Positions 1 through 9,215 of a stretch of 64,000 nt of DNA are shown piece by piece. The notes under the pieces are model-generated. The model was not told where the DNA came from, did no database searches, and worked only from the letters and a program-made list of their open reading frames with translations. Source of the stretch: Planctomycetota bacterium (GTDB taxonomy: Bacteria > Planctomycetota > UBA11346). A program made the position numbers and the translations under genes. The first letter of the stretch is position 1. Every line of letters starts with the position of its first letter. The stretch spans positions 1 through 64,000 of the forward strand of contig JBBQSO010000018.1 in assembly GCA_038213805.1 (NCBI GenBank), written 5' to 3'.

Positions 1-69
1 GAGGGCGCGGCCTCGGATCGAGGGATTTGGTTTCTGACCGCGCTTTGCGCTGGTAGGTTTGGTCTGCAT
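1..69 (-). CDS. N-terminal 23 codons of a gene running off the left edge (MQTKPTSAKRGQKPNPSIRGRAL...), product unknown
   Basis: ATG at 69 preceded by AAGGAGG (74-80) and TATAAT (89-94) on the minus strand; open to the window edge. Confidence 0.6.
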   Translation of the reverse strand, partial: MQTKPTSAKRGQKPNPSIRGRAL

Positions 70-216
70 GGGACCTCCTTAGCGCGCGATTATAGCGCTA
101 GGGTTTTCCGTCCTCTAGTACTCATGGTTGAACGCACACCGAGAATGCGACGCTTGGCCGACATGAACGGTTACGAATACCAGATCGCATGTCATGCGAA
201 TGTTACGGAAGATGGA

Positions 217-2334
217 CTAGCCCTCGCGACACCGCCGCCGCAGACCTGCCATCAGGGCGACCGCCACCAGGAAGACGAACATTGAGCCCAAACCGCATTT
301 CCCTGAGCTGCCACCACCGTTGCTCGACCCAGCGACCGGCGCAGCTGGGCCCGTGCCGACTCCGGAAGCCACGGTGACCGTCAGCGTCGCGGCGCTCGAC
401 ACGACATTGCCCGCGCTGTTGGTCACGGTGACGGTGTACGATCCTGCGTCCGCGCTCTGTGGGGTGGTGATGGTCAACGTCGCGCTGTCGGTGCCGACAT
501 TGGTCGACCCGCGCTTCCACTGGTAGCTGAGCGGGCCGGTACCGGTCGCCGCAACCGTGAGCGTCGCCGTCTGACCGGCAGACACCGTCTGGTTCCCTGG
601 CTGGGTGGTGATGGCTGGGGCCACGACCACGGCGTTCACCGTCAGCGTCGCCGCATGCGATATGACGTTGCCCGCACTGTTGCTGACCACGCAGCGGAAG
701 GTCGAACCATGGTCGCCGATCACCGTCGCTGGGGTGGTGTAGCTGGCGCTGGTCGCACCACTGATGGCGACGGTGTCCTTCTGCCATTGATACGTGGGCG
801 CAGGCATACCGGTCGCGCTCACGCTGAACAGGGCGGCGGCACCGGCTGCTACGCTCTGATTTTCGGGTTGCGCGGTGATGGTCGGCGTGCTCGCAGGCGT
901 CTCCCCATTGAGTCCGAACCATTCCGAGCCCGTATACACCGTACCTGTTCCCGAGGAACGCACCTGCACCGCATGATTCAGCGTGTTGTAGCCGGTGGTC
1001 GCCTCCCAGACGCCCGTGTTGGCAAGGTGGATGCTGTACTCTGGCCGGGCGTAGATCGAGGGGTAAGGATCGGGCAGATTGAGGATCACATCGTAGGTTC
1101 CGGCTGGCATGGACGACAAAATGCCACCGGTGATGGTCAAGGTCTTCGTTTCGTGCGACTTCGGCAGGTAGAGGCGATTGTAGCGGACGGCATCGTCACC
1201 AATGACATGCAGGATGTACTTGGCGCCATCCGACTGATTGCGCAGAATAATCTCGATCTTGCGCTCATTGAAGATGTTGCCGTATCCGTCGTTGATCATG
1301 GAAATGCTGAGCGACATGGTATCGCCAGGCCTGACCGCATCGGGGATCGCAGCAGAAATCAGTCGGTACCGGTAGCCGACGTTCGTGTCGATGATGCCAA
1401 GGGCTGCGCTGCTAAGTGTGCCATTGTCGAGAGACGCGAAGTCGAAGTGCTGCCTATCGAGATTATCAATGACCAGCTGGTCGCTGTAACCGCTGGCGCA
1501 ACTCATGTCCACGGCCAGATCGGGCGTGTATGACCCCTGCACCGCGGTGTAAGACCAAGGGCCCTCATCCGCATTGAATTCCGACGAGCCTTCGGCCAGA
1601 AAACAGTCGTTGTAGTGGCCAACTCTGGAGCGATCGGTACCGGTGAACGCCTCACTCTCGGGGCACGGCGCATCACCCAGCAACTGCCGGACTGCCGGCA
1701 TGTAACGCATCAACATCATACGGTTGCGCGGCACCGCATCGAGCATGGCGGCACAGATCCGCCGCGTGTTGTCGTTGACGTCCGAAGACCTGCCATTGAC
1801 GCTCGCGGTATTCTCGGTTCCCCACTGCTCGCCCCAGAAACCGTACATGCCCAGTCCCCCCAAGGCCATCACGTCCACATTCTTGACAAAGATCGGCTTG
1901 AGCTGGGCAAGGTGCCCGACCATGATCGCCGGAGTGGCGTCCCAGCCGGGGGGCGGTGGAAATACACCAAGCACATCGAATGAACTCAAACAGTAATTGA
2001 AGCGAGGAATGAGCTTGTAGCCGTTGGCGCGCGCCGTGGCGAAATCCGCATCAATCAGATCAATGACGTGCTGCGGAAGCTGGGCGGTGGTCTTCCATTG
2101 GCTCAGGCCGTAGGTGCACACCACGGTCGTCACCCCACGGCTCGTCCGCAAACCGCTCAGGAAGGCGGTCATGTCGGAAAGTGGCGACGGCAGTCCCTGT
2201 GAACCGAAATTATTGGAGTTGAATGCCCAATAGCCGCGCTCGGGATTGGCGATGATGCCATGGTCGGCGCTGTAGGTGATGGTGGCGGCATGCGCCGCGA
2301 AAGTCAGACAGCAGAGCACGAGGATGCGGATCAT
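217..2334 (-). CDS. Secreted DUF4874/DUF4832 putative glycoside hydrolase-like protein with two Ig-like domains and a C-terminal membrane anchor
   Basis: Signal peptide MIRILVLCCLTFAAHA after GGAGG; NPERG, GFWGEQW, RVGHYNDCFLA and VGYRYRL motifs; two P.ITxQP...YQW...N..G...S.AATLTV repeats; Gly/Ser-CGLG-TM-RRR tail. Confidence 0.8.
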   Translation of the reverse strand: MIRILVLCCLTFAAHAATITYSADHGIIANPERGYWAFNSNNFGSQGLPSPLSDMTAFLSGLRTSRGVTTVVCTYGLSQWKTTAQLPQHVIDLIDADFATARANGYKLIPRFNYCLSSFDVLGVFPPPPGWDATPAIMVGHLAQLKPIFVKNVDVMALGGLGMYGFWGEQWGTENTASVNGRSSDVNDNTRRICAAMLDAVPRNRMMLMRYMPAVRQLLGDAPCPESEAFTGTDRSRVGHYNDCFLAEGSSEFNADEGPWSYTAVQGSYTPDLAVDMSCASGYSDQLVIDNLDRQHFDFASLDNGTLSSAALGIIDTNVGYRYRLISAAIPDAVRPGDTMSLSISMINDGYGNIFNERKIEIILRNQSDGAKYILHVIGDDAVRYNRLYLPKSHETKTLTITGGILSSMPAGTYDVILNLPDPYPSIYARPEYSIHLANTGVWEATTGYNTLNHAVQVRSSGTGTVYTGSEWFGLNGETPASTPTITAQPENQSVAAGAAALFSVSATGMPAPTYQWQKDTVAISGATSASYTTPATVIGDHGSTFRCVVSNSAGNVISHAATLTVNAVVVAPAITTQPGNQTVSAGQTATLTVAATGTGPLSYQWKRGSTNVGTDSATLTITTPQSADAGSYTVTVTNSAGNVVSSAATLTVTVASGVGTGPAAPVAGSSNGGGSSGKCGLGSMFVFLVAVALMAGLRRRCREG

Positions 2335-2383
2335 AGGACCTCCGCCACTCATTGCGTCGCTGCGCCCACATCAGACAGCGAGC

Positions 2384-3529
2384 TCAGGGCGCGGGGCTGA
2401 GTTCCAGGGCCGACACCTCAAGCTGGACGCCGGGCTGCGGCGGCGTGCTGATCACCAGCACCAGCAGGCGGTCGAGGGGCAGGGGTAGGCGTTCGGCCTC
2501 ATTGCCTTGTTCGGTGACGGCGAAGGGGTCGACCACGCTTTCCTGCCACACTCCAGCCGGCCCAGGCGCGAGGGCGACGCCGCCGGACGAGGGCCGGGAG
2601 CTGCCAAACCAGCAAATGACCGGCGCCTGCTCGGCGCCCAGGATCCGCCAACGCAGGCGCAGGCGGCAGCCGGGGCTGAGCAGGGCGAGGCCGCCGTCCC
2701 GGACCAGGAAGATTCCGTGACTGGTCGGATGGTAGTCGTCACCAAGCAGAATATCCCCCTGTCGCCGACCGGCCTGCAGGCGCAGCGCGGTATTCGGCCA
2801 GCGGAAACCGCTCGGTGGCCCATCGGCAGCGGGTGTGCCGGCGCGCAGGTGGCTCAAGGCACCATCAACCACTTCGCACCAGGAGCCGGCGGAGCAGATC
2901 CGCTCACTGCCGCCGGCGGAGAAGGCGACGCGGCCCGCGCCCACCACCAAGCGGCTGCGCCCGGCTTGCTGCGCGAGCGCGAAGGCGGTGCCGAGCACCC
3001 GCACCCGCGCCACTCCCGCCTGCACGCAGAAGCTGCGCCCCGCCGTCTGATGAGCGATCTCGGCATCGACGCGGCCCTCGAGCAGTTCGACCCCGATGTC
3101 CGCGCCCCAGGGCCAGGCGGGGATTTCCCAGCGTACGCGCGTCCCCGCAGCCAGGTTGAGACGGCTGCCATCGCGCCAGCGCAGCTCGCCTCCCCTCTCC
3201 GCCGTCCAGTCACCGGCGGGCATCGCCTGGCCATCGCGCCAGGGCGTCAGCGCCGCGCGGGCCTCGTCGCGCCAGACCGTCACGCCCAGCGTGCTGGCCA
3301 GCAGCAGCCCCGCTGCCACCAGCCAGGGCCGCCAAGCCGCGCGCGCGCGGGCCGGCTGGCGGCGGCCGGGACGCGCCGCACGTTCGCGCAGGACTTCGCG
3401 CAACAGTCCATCGAGCCGCGCCTGGCGAGCGTGGTCACGGGCGAATGCGACATCGGCAGCCAGGCGGGAGTTCAGCTCCTCCGCGGCCTGGGCCTCGCCA
3501 TCGCGCCAGCGGTCGAGCAGCCCGCTCAT
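2384..3529 (-). CDS. FecR-family anti-sigma factor with C-terminal jelly-roll-like domain
   Basis: ATG overlaps the sigma stop (ATGA); N-terminal helical domain, TM helix WLVAAGLLLASTLGVTVW, FecR motifs DGSRLNL, LEGRVDAEI and VRVLGTAF. Confidence 0.85.
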   Translation of the reverse strand: MSGLLDRWRDGEAQAAEELNSRLAADVAFARDHARQARLDGLLREVLRERAARPGRRQPARARAAWRPWLVAAGLLLASTLGVTVWRDEARAALTPWRDGQAMPAGDWTAERGGELRWRDGSRLNLAAGTRVRWEIPAWPWGADIGVELLEGRVDAEIAHQTAGRSFCVQAGVARVRVLGTAFALAQQAGRSRLVVGAGRVAFSAGGSERICSAGSWCEVVDGALSHLRAGTPAADGPPSGFRWPNTALRLQAGRRQGDILLGDDYHPTSHGIFLVRDGGLALLSPGCRLRLRWRILGAEQAPVICWFGSSRPSSGGVALAPGPAGVWQESVVDPFAVTEQGNEAERLPLPLDRLLVLVISTPPQPGVQLEVSALELSPAP

Positions 3530-4047
3530 GCACCACCGGCCTGCGCCAGGCGCCGCCGCAGGCAGTCCCCCAGCCGTTCGCGCAGACGATGCAGGGCCCG
3601 CTGCACGGCGGTTGCACTGCCGCCCAGGCGCTTGGCCACCGCGGCGCAGTCGAGGCCCTCGGCATAGCGCAGCTCCAGCCAGCGGCGCTGCCGCCCGTCG
3701 ACCTCGTCCAGACAGCGGCGCAAGGCCTCCAACTCCTCCTCGTGCGAACCGTCGGGGTCCTCCCAGGCCGCCGTCAATGCCTCGATGGCCGCGGGCTCCA
3801 GGGCCTGGTGCTGCCGCGCCCGCCGCCACCAGGCCTTCAGCACCAGGCACGCGACCCCCCGCGCCCAGGCCCCGAAGGGTCGGCTGCGGTCGTAGTCGGC
3901 AAAGCGCCGCCACAGCACCAGGGTCACCTCCTGCACCACGTCATCACGCCCGGCCGGCTCGCGCACGCAGGCGGCGACAAAGGCCCGCAGATCGGGCTGC
4001 GCAGCGGTCAACAGGCGTAGGAAGTCCTCGTGGCCAGGCTCGTCCAT
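3526..4047 (-). CDS. ECF sigma-70 factor
   Basis: 173 aa; region 2 DDVVQEV..VLWRRFADYD.SRPFGAWARG; region 4 LELRYAEG...VAKRLG..V.RALHRLR. Confidence 0.93.
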   Translation of the reverse strand: MDEPGHEDFLRLLTAAQPDLRAFVAACVREPAGRDDVVQEVTLVLWRRFADYDRSRPFGAWARGVACLVLKAWWRRARQHQALEPAAIEALTAAWEDPDGSHEEELEALRRCLDEVDGRQRRWLELRYAEGLDCAAVAKRLGGSATAVQRALHRLRERLGDCLRRRLAQAGGA

Positions 4048-4410
4048 GTGCTCTTTGTCGACAGGGACCAGGGATCAGACAAGCGGATGTCTGTCGCTCA
4101 GGCCGCCTGGGCCCAGGTTGGCAAAAAACTGGAGGAAAGTCAGTGGCACCTGCCAGATACGTGGTGCGCGTCCGCAGCTGGCGCCCCGCGATCTTGCGGG
4201 CGCGGTTGCACCATCATCACCGGGGCAGGCTCAGCCACCCCGCAGAATGGGCCTGGTCGGGCAGCGGCGCGACCATCCTGAACAACGGCACGCTGCCGGA
4301 TGGTGCACTGACGCCCCAAGCAGACTTCCGGCGCGACGTCGTCCAGGGGTGTGATGCCATGGCGAGGAAAAGCGCTGCTGCGGTTCCGGTCCCGCAATGC
4401 CCCGGCGCCA

Positions 4411-5685
4411 TCAGGTCATCTCCAATCCACGCATCGTTTTCTGAGATGACGCAAATGCGGAGCATTCAACGCCCAGGCGCTGGAGCATGGAAACGAAGAG
4501 ATCGGGCAGCGGGTAGTTGTTGGTCTTGTCGAATGCCAGGTGCTGGCCGTGCTTGAAGCCACCACCAGCGAGGAGGACGGGCAGGTTGTGGGTATCGTGA
4601 TTGTTGCCATTACCGAGATTGCTGCCGTAGAGCACCTGGGTGCGATCCAGCAGGGTGGCTTCGCCCTCGGTGGTGGCGCTGAGTTTTTTCAGCAATCCAG
4701 CGAGCTGGCGGAACTGGGCGAGTTCGAGGTTCTTGAGCTGCTCGATCTTGTCTTCGCGTCCGACGTGGTGGGACAGGTTGTGGCTCTCACTGCCGACGCC
4801 GGGAATGTGCTCGCTGAAGCCGTCGAGACGGACCATCAGCGTGATCAGTCGCGTGCTGTCGGTGGCGACGGCCAGGTGCGCCAGGTCGTACATCGCGGCA
4901 AGCTTTTCGAGCAGGTACTCCGCGTCCTTGGGCACCGGTGCCGTGACCGTCGGCTTGGGCTTGCGCTCCCATTCCTCGGCGATGACCAGGCGGCGCTCCA
5001 CCTCGCGGACCGACGTGAAGTACTGGTCCACGCGCTGGCGGTCGGCAACGCCCAGCTGTTGCTGCAATGCGGCGGCGCGCTGCGCCACGGCATCCAGGAT
5101 GCTGCGGCCGGTACGCAGGTCTTCGACCTGGCGTTCGATCGCCGTGGTGTCACCGGCGACGAACAGCGCCTTGAATACCTGCGCGGCGCTGTTTTCGGCT
5201 GGCAGCATCACGCCGCTGGAGGTGAATGAGAGCGACTGGTTGCCGCTTTTCGCCACGACCAGCGACAGTGCCGGAACGCGCGTCAGGTGGCCGATGCGTT
5301 CAGCCGCGAACTGGTCGAGCGAGATGCTGTTGCGGAACGACGCCGAGCCAGGATGCGGCGCGGCAGTCAGGAAGGTGGCCTCCGCCGAATGGCCGCCCGT
5401 CACGTTCGGATGGGACGTTCCGGAAAAGACCGTGAACTGGTCGCGGAATTCCTTGAGCGTCTCCAGATACGGGGAGAGCGCATACCCGCGACCGGTTTCT
5501 GCCGGAAAGAAGTACCGCTCCAATACGCCGAGGTTGGTGCAGATGGCGATGATCCGTCGCGGGATCGTCGGCGCAGCAGCCCCAGCCGGCGGATTCATCG
5601 CATGCAGGAACGGCAGCGCGAGCGACACCCCGGCAGCACGCAGGAAGGTGCGACGCAACAACACGGATGCGGGACGGTTGATCAT
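4411..5685 (-). CDS. DUF1552 family Tat-exported protein
   Basis: RRTFLRAAGVSLALPFL Tat signal; GGH, NSISLDQ, SILD, HNLSHH, GSNLGNGNNH and NLPVLLAGG motifs. Confidence 0.92.
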   Translation of the reverse strand: MINRPASVLLRRTFLRAAGVSLALPFLHAMNPPAGAAAPTIPRRIIAICTNLGVLERYFFPAETGRGYALSPYLETLKEFRDQFTVFSGTSHPNVTGGHSAEATFLTAAPHPGSASFRNSISLDQFAAERIGHLTRVPALSLVVAKSGNQSLSFTSSGVMLPAENSAAQVFKALFVAGDTTAIERQVEDLRTGRSILDAVAQRAAALQQQLGVADRQRVDQYFTSVREVERRLVIAEEWERKPKPTVTAPVPKDAEYLLEKLAAMYDLAHLAVATDSTRLITLMVRLDGFSEHIPGVGSESHNLSHHVGREDKIEQLKNLELAQFRQLAGLLKKLSATTEGEATLLDRTQVLYGSNLGNGNNHDTHNLPVLLAGGGFKHGQHLAFDKTNNYPLPDLFVSMLQRLGVECSAFASSQKTMRGLEMT

Positions 5686-5697
5686 GGCGCTTCCGAT

Positions 5698-8600
5698 CTA
5701 TTTGCTTTGGAACAAGGGGCTGGCGACGACGCCCAGCAGCAGATCCCGAACCCCGTGGTGGGTCGGCCGGGTGCGGGCGATGATCGCTTCGATAGCGGCC
5801 CGATCAGAGAAGCGGATGCCGGTCCCGGTGGCGTAGATCAGCAGTTGGCGCACCAGGTTGCGCGCCAGGGCGTCTTCGTCCTGCAACAACAGGGCGCGCA
5901 GGCCCTGCACATCGGTGAAGGTGCGGCCGTCAGCCAATATGCCGCTGGCATCGACCTCCGATCCCAGGCGCATGCGGATGCGACTGAGGTAGTTCACGGC
6001 GGTGGAACTCACGACCATGATCGATGGTTCGTCGACCGACTCATTGCCCTTTTGGATCTTCCGCGGTGCGCCTTCCAAGCGGTAGCGGTCACGCCAGCCG
6101 CCGATGACATCAAAGCTTTCCAGCGCCAGTCCTGGAGGGTCCATCTTGGCGTGACAGGAGGCGCAGGCGCTGTCGGCGCGGTGCTTTTCGATCATCTGGC
6201 GGATGGTGACCGCGCCGGTCGCATCGGGCTCGACCGCCGGGATGTTTGGCGGCGGTGGCTGACGCGGAATGCCAAGCAGGCGCTCCATCACCCAGACGCC
6301 ACGCAGGACCGGCGAGGTGGCGGTGCCGTTGGCCGTCACCTTGAGCACCGCCGCCTGGGTCAGGAATCCACCGCGTGGCGAACCGGTCGGCAGCGGAATT
6401 TCGCGCAGTTCGGCGCCGCTGACGCCGTGGATGCCATATAATTCGGCCAAGCGCTGGTTGATCAGCAGCGTATCCGCCGCGACCAGACGGGTGACGCTGA
6501 GGTTCCGGTTCAGTAAGGTGCTGAAATAGCCACGCGATTCGGCAAGCATCGAGTCGCGCAACCACGGATCGAACTCGGGATACAGGTTGGGATCTGGCGT
6601 GGTGAAATCGATCTTCTTCAGTTCCAGCCATTCATCGAGGAAGTGCTCGATGAAGCGTTCGGCACGCGCATCGAGCAGCAACCGTTCCGTCTGTGCGCGC
6701 AGCGTCGCGGTCCGGGACAGGGCGCGCTCCTCCGCCAGCGCCAGCAACTCGGCATCCGGGGCTGAATTCCACAGAAAGAACGACAGCCGGGACGCCAGGG
6801 CGAGGTCGCCCAAGTGTGCGTCTCCGGCTTTGGGAATGCCCGCTTCGAGACCGATGAAGAGGAAGTCCGGCGCGCAGAGGATGGCTTTGTAGCCGGCGAT
6901 CATCGCTTCGTCGAAGGCTGCACCGCGGCCCAGCCGCAGGTCGACGATCTCCGCATACGGTGTAAGTTCAGCGCTGGTCACCGGCCGCCGGAATGCCCGT
7001 GTCGCAAATTGCAGCAGCAGCGTGCGGTAATCGGTCAGCTTTTCCGGCTGCGCCGCGACGGTCAGCGCCGGCGGTGCCTTCATGGTGATGTGGCTCAGGA
7101 ACAGATTGCGATCACGCAACTGCGGATCGGCATTCTTCCCATCGTAGAAGTCATTGACGAACTGCACGCCCACCGTCACCGGACCGACGCTCGCCACGCT
7201 GAAGCGTGCGCTGAATTTCTGCGGGGACGCACGTAAAGCAGTGACCGCGAAGCGCGCATGCGGCATTTCATGGCCCTCCACCATCAGGTACATCTGTGCC
7301 GGCTCGTCGCCCGCATGGGTCTCAAACGCGGTCACTTCCAGCTCATGGTCTCCCGGCACCGTGCAATTGACGACCATCGACACGGTTCCGTTGCTATTGA
7401 GGAGGCGATCCTCCCCGGACATCTGGCCGGTGCCCGCGAACGCGGTGAGCGGAAGCGTCACCGTCGTCCCGGCTTCGACCAGCGGTGCCCCAGCCACCGG
7501 AGGTCGCGGATAGGCGTTGGCGGCGCTCTCCCCGAACAGTCGCCGCTGGCTTTCGGGCGGCCACTGCGCGATCAGCGGGCCTTCGACTTCGAACCAGTCG
7601 AACGCCACGCCCGGCCCATCGTAATCGAGCACGCCCTGGCTGAATCCGCCTCCCGGCGCGCCATTGCCCGGCAGGGTCATCACATGGAACGAGATGCGTT
7701 CACCGGGATTCAGCCAGGCCTTGAACTCATGTGTCGTCGGCTGCAGCGATGGCGCGTTGAAATAGCCGAGCGGCACGCCATTCAGCGACGCGCGCACGAT
7801 ATGGGTGGACTCGCCAGGCCCGTAGAACTCGACGTTCTCCTGCCATTCGCCGACGACTCCGCCCTTGGCCGCGAGCTTTTCGGCCGACAGCGGCGTGGCT
7901 TGCCAGCGTCCGTCCGCATCCTTGATGAACGGCAGGCCGAACGGCTCATAGTACCGCACCATCCCACGCACCGCGGCCACTGCATGCGTGCGCTCCCAGC
8001 GCAGGCCCCAGGTGGAAAAACGCACGCGGTACCAGCCGGGCACGGTCGGATGGAAGCGATCGATCTGGAGCCCTTCCGGCTGGTGGGCGCCGATGACGCC
8101 TGACAACTGCACCAGAGACTCTGCTTCGCCGTCAAACCACGGCGCCCGGTAGGAATTCCCGTAATCCTCCACCGGATTCCCGGCGATCTGGCTCTTGAGT
8201 CCAGGCGCAACGTCACGGCCATTGATCGGAACAGCGCATTTCTGTGCCACCGATGCGCGCGCCGTGTCCTGGCGCATGGCTGGTTCGCGCCAGACCGTGG
8301 ACTCTGGCTTGTTCGCGCCAGGGACCATTGCCTGGCGCAGGGCGACGTCGGCGGCCTGCAGGTATTTGGTCATCTGGATGTACGAGATGTCGAGCGCCCC
8401 CGCCACCTTGTCGAAACCGAACTGCTGCCCGTCTTCTGGCAGGAGCTCCCTGACCCGCAACAACGGCAACGCCAACAGATCGCGTAACGCGCATTCATAC
8501 TCCACGCGATTCATGCGGCGCACGGTCGTCCGTCCACCGGCGGCCTTGATCACGTTGCCATCGGCGGCGGTCAACTCCTTGCCGAGCGCCGCGAGGAAGG

Positions 8601-8883
8601 CGCCGCGTTCCGCCTCCGCTGGACGGGCCTTTTTTTTCGGGGGCATCTCTCCTGATGCGACGCGATCGTAGACCTGCAGCCAGCGCGCTACGTTGTCGGG
8701 CTTGGCAAAATCCTCGGTCAGAACCCCCAGATCGAGATTTCCCTTTTTCGTCTCAGCGTCATGACATTCCGTGCAGTGCTGCTTGAACAGCGTCCGCGTC
8801 GCCGCCGGGACATCGCCCGCCCGCACCATCGGCGTGATCACGCAGAGCATCAATACCGACAGCAGCATTTTCGTGCCACGCAT
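5698..8883 (-). CDS. DUF1587/1595/1592/1588/1585 planctomycete cytochrome c protein with an inserted CBM60-like module
   Basis: Signal peptide; CTECH and CASCH heme motifs; RRMNRVEYE, LASRLSFFLWNSAPD, RGGFLTQ and SPVLRGVWV; start set at the ATG 7 nt after GAGGA. Confidence 0.92.
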   Translation of the reverse strand: MRGTKMLLSVLMLCVITPMVRAGDVPAATRTLFKQHCTECHDAETKKGNLDLGVLTEDFAKPDNVARWLQVYDRVASGEMPPKKKARPAEAERGAFLAALGKELTAADGNVIKAAGGRTTVRRMNRVEYECALRDLLALPLLRVRELLPEDGQQFGFDKVAGALDISYIQMTKYLQAADVALRQAMVPGANKPESTVWREPAMRQDTARASVAQKCAVPINGRDVAPGLKSQIAGNPVEDYGNSYRAPWFDGEAESLVQLSGVIGAHQPEGLQIDRFHPTVPGWYRVRFSTWGLRWERTHAVAAVRGMVRYYEPFGLPFIKDADGRWQATPLSAEKLAAKGGVVGEWQENVEFYGPGESTHIVRASLNGVPLGYFNAPSLQPTTHEFKAWLNPGERISFHVMTLPGNGAPGGGFSQGVLDYDGPGVAFDWFEVEGPLIAQWPPESQRRLFGESAANAYPRPPVAGAPLVEAGTTVTLPLTAFAGTGQMSGEDRLLNSNGTVSMVVNCTVPGDHELEVTAFETHAGDEPAQMYLMVEGHEMPHARFAVTALRASPQKFSARFSVASVGPVTVGVQFVNDFYDGKNADPQLRDRNLFLSHITMKAPPALTVAAQPEKLTDYRTLLLQFATRAFRRPVTSAELTPYAEIVDLRLGRGAAFDEAMIAGYKAILCAPDFLFIGLEAGIPKAGDAHLGDLALASRLSFFLWNSAPDAELLALAEERALSRTATLRAQTERLLLDARAERFIEHFLDEWLELKKIDFTTPDPNLYPEFDPWLRDSMLAESRGYFSTLLNRNLSVTRLVAADTLLINQRLAELYGIHGVSGAELREIPLPTGSPRGGFLTQAAVLKVTANGTATSPVLRGVWVMERLLGIPRQPPPPNIPAVEPDATGAVTIRQMIEKHRADSACASCHAKMDPPGLALESFDVIGGWRDRYRLEGAPRKIQKGNESVDEPSIMVVSSTAVNYLSRIRMRLGSEVDASGILADGRTFTDVQGLRALLLQDEDALARNLVRQLLIYATGTGIRFSDRAAIEAIIARTRPTHHGVRDLLLGVVASPLFQSK

Positions 8884-9215
8884 GGTCATTCCTCGGTGCT
8901 TTGCCGTAGTCCCGTCTGGCTTCCGGGACATTACAGGAACTTGCGCGGCAATGCGCACTGCGTGCACCTGCACCGAGATGCAGGTGCGTCGCCGCTGGCA
9001 GGGCTTCAGCCATTTGGCAGCCAACGGGCGCCTGGGCTGACGGAACCAGCGACGCAGAGCGTGGATAAGTAGACGCAAGTCAGCGGATGCCGTGAGCGGC
9101 ACTCCCAACCCGGCTGTATCCTGCATCTCCACGCCTCGCGTTCCGCCCTCCGTGTGTCTGTGTCCACACGGGATGTCCGCCTGCTCCTCAGCGGGCGGGC
9201 GATGAGCCGGTCGCT

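Noticed and set aside
4315..4328. AAGCAGACT core shared by intergenic regions at 4318, 34436 and 59283
   Set aside because: Inconsistent orientation and distance to genes; plausible by chance
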